A stretch of 29,457 bases of DNA from Camelus dromedarius (taxonomy: Eukaryota), in the NCBI RefSeq assembly GCF_036321535.1. It is one part of the record NC_087438.1 of this genome. One strand, written 5' to 3'. Of this stretch, positions 28,871 through 29,457 are shown in pieces. The notes below the pieces were generated by a model that saw only the letters and a list, made by a program, of their open reading frames with translations, was not told the DNA's origin and made no database searches. The translations under genes were made by a program, and so were the position numbers. Each line of letters begins with the position of its first letter. Within the stretch, counting starts at the first letter, position 1.

Positions 28871-29457
28871 AGTGACCGGGTGCGTCAGCGAGTGACCGGT
28901 CGGGTGGGTGGGTTGCTTGGTGGGGAGGACTGTACTGGACTCCTCTTTTGTTTTCCTCGCTCAGCGTGCACACGCGAGTCAGCGAGTGACCGGTCGGGTG
29001 GGTGGGTTGCTTGGTGGGGAGGACTGTACTGGACTCCTCTTTTGTTTTCCTCGCTCAGCGTGCACACGCGAGTCAGCGAGTGACCGGTCGGGTGGGTGGG
29101 TTGCTTGGTGGGGAGGACTGTACTGGACTCCTCTTTTGTTTTCCTCGCTCAGCGTGCACACGCGAGTCAGCGAGTGACCGGTCGGGTGGGTGGGTTGCTT
29201 GGTGGGGAGGACTGTACTGGACTCCTCTTTTGTTTTCCTCGCTCAGCGTGCACACGCGAGTCAGCGAGTGACCGGTCGGGTGGGTGGGTTGCTTGGTGGG
29301 GAGGACTGTACTGGACTCCTCTTTTGTTTTCCTCGCTCAGCGTGCACACGCGAGTCAGCGAGTGACCGGTCGGGTGGGTGGGTTGCTTGGTGGGGAGGAC
29401 TGTACTGGACTCCTCTTTTGTTTTCCTCGCTCAGCGTGCACACGCGAGTCAGCGAGT
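28851..29457. repeat. 94-bp CpG-rich tandem repeat (minisatellite/VNTR), truncated by window end
   Basis: Five identical full units (starts 28965, 29059, 29153, 29247, 29341), a partial unit from 29435 and a variant 114-nt first unit (28851-28964). Confidence 0.99.

Noticed and set aside
28880-29443. Repeated 60-aa (minus) and 89-aa (plus) ORFs
   Set aside because: These are by-products of the 94-bp period (not a multiple of 3), with non-ATG starts and no protein-like features.
28851-29457. CRISPR-like or other repeat-spacer array
   Set aside because: Units are contiguous and identical with no variable spacers, and the context is a mammalian intron.

Overview
GC-rich mammalian genomic DNA that covers most of NDST1 (bifunctional heparan sulfate N-deacetylase/N-sulfotransferase 1) on the + strand. 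Thirteen coding exons (exons 2-14 in human numbering) splice cleanly in frame and total 2529 nt (codons 1-843). The non-coding first exon lies upstream of the window and the terminal coding exon lies downstream. Catalytic motifs are intact: DIDD, HMWSH, C486, GPQKTGT with K614, RAYS, C818/C828 and K833. One intron (19591-20814) must use a GC donor. Introns are filled with ancient repeats (MIR, L2, MER45A, MER58A, MLT1, L1M); repeat family names and boundaries are by eye and approximate. I saw no young lineage-specific SINE, and one L1 3' fragment resembles cetartiodactyl L1s. The most unusual feature is a perfectly homogeneous, CpG-rich 94-bp tandem array that starts in that L1 fragment in the last intron and runs off the window end. 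Each unit carries a strong polypyrimidine-CAG acceptor, an in-frame 33-nt pseudo-microexon, a G4-like motif and a CpG-masked ARE/AP-1 site. Other points of interest are 5'UTR uORFs, a tail-only retroposition scar and candidate truncating intronic isoforms. I found no prokaryote-type system, RNA gene or CRISPR array, and nothing here demonstrates a new biological system. The findings are testable hypotheses.
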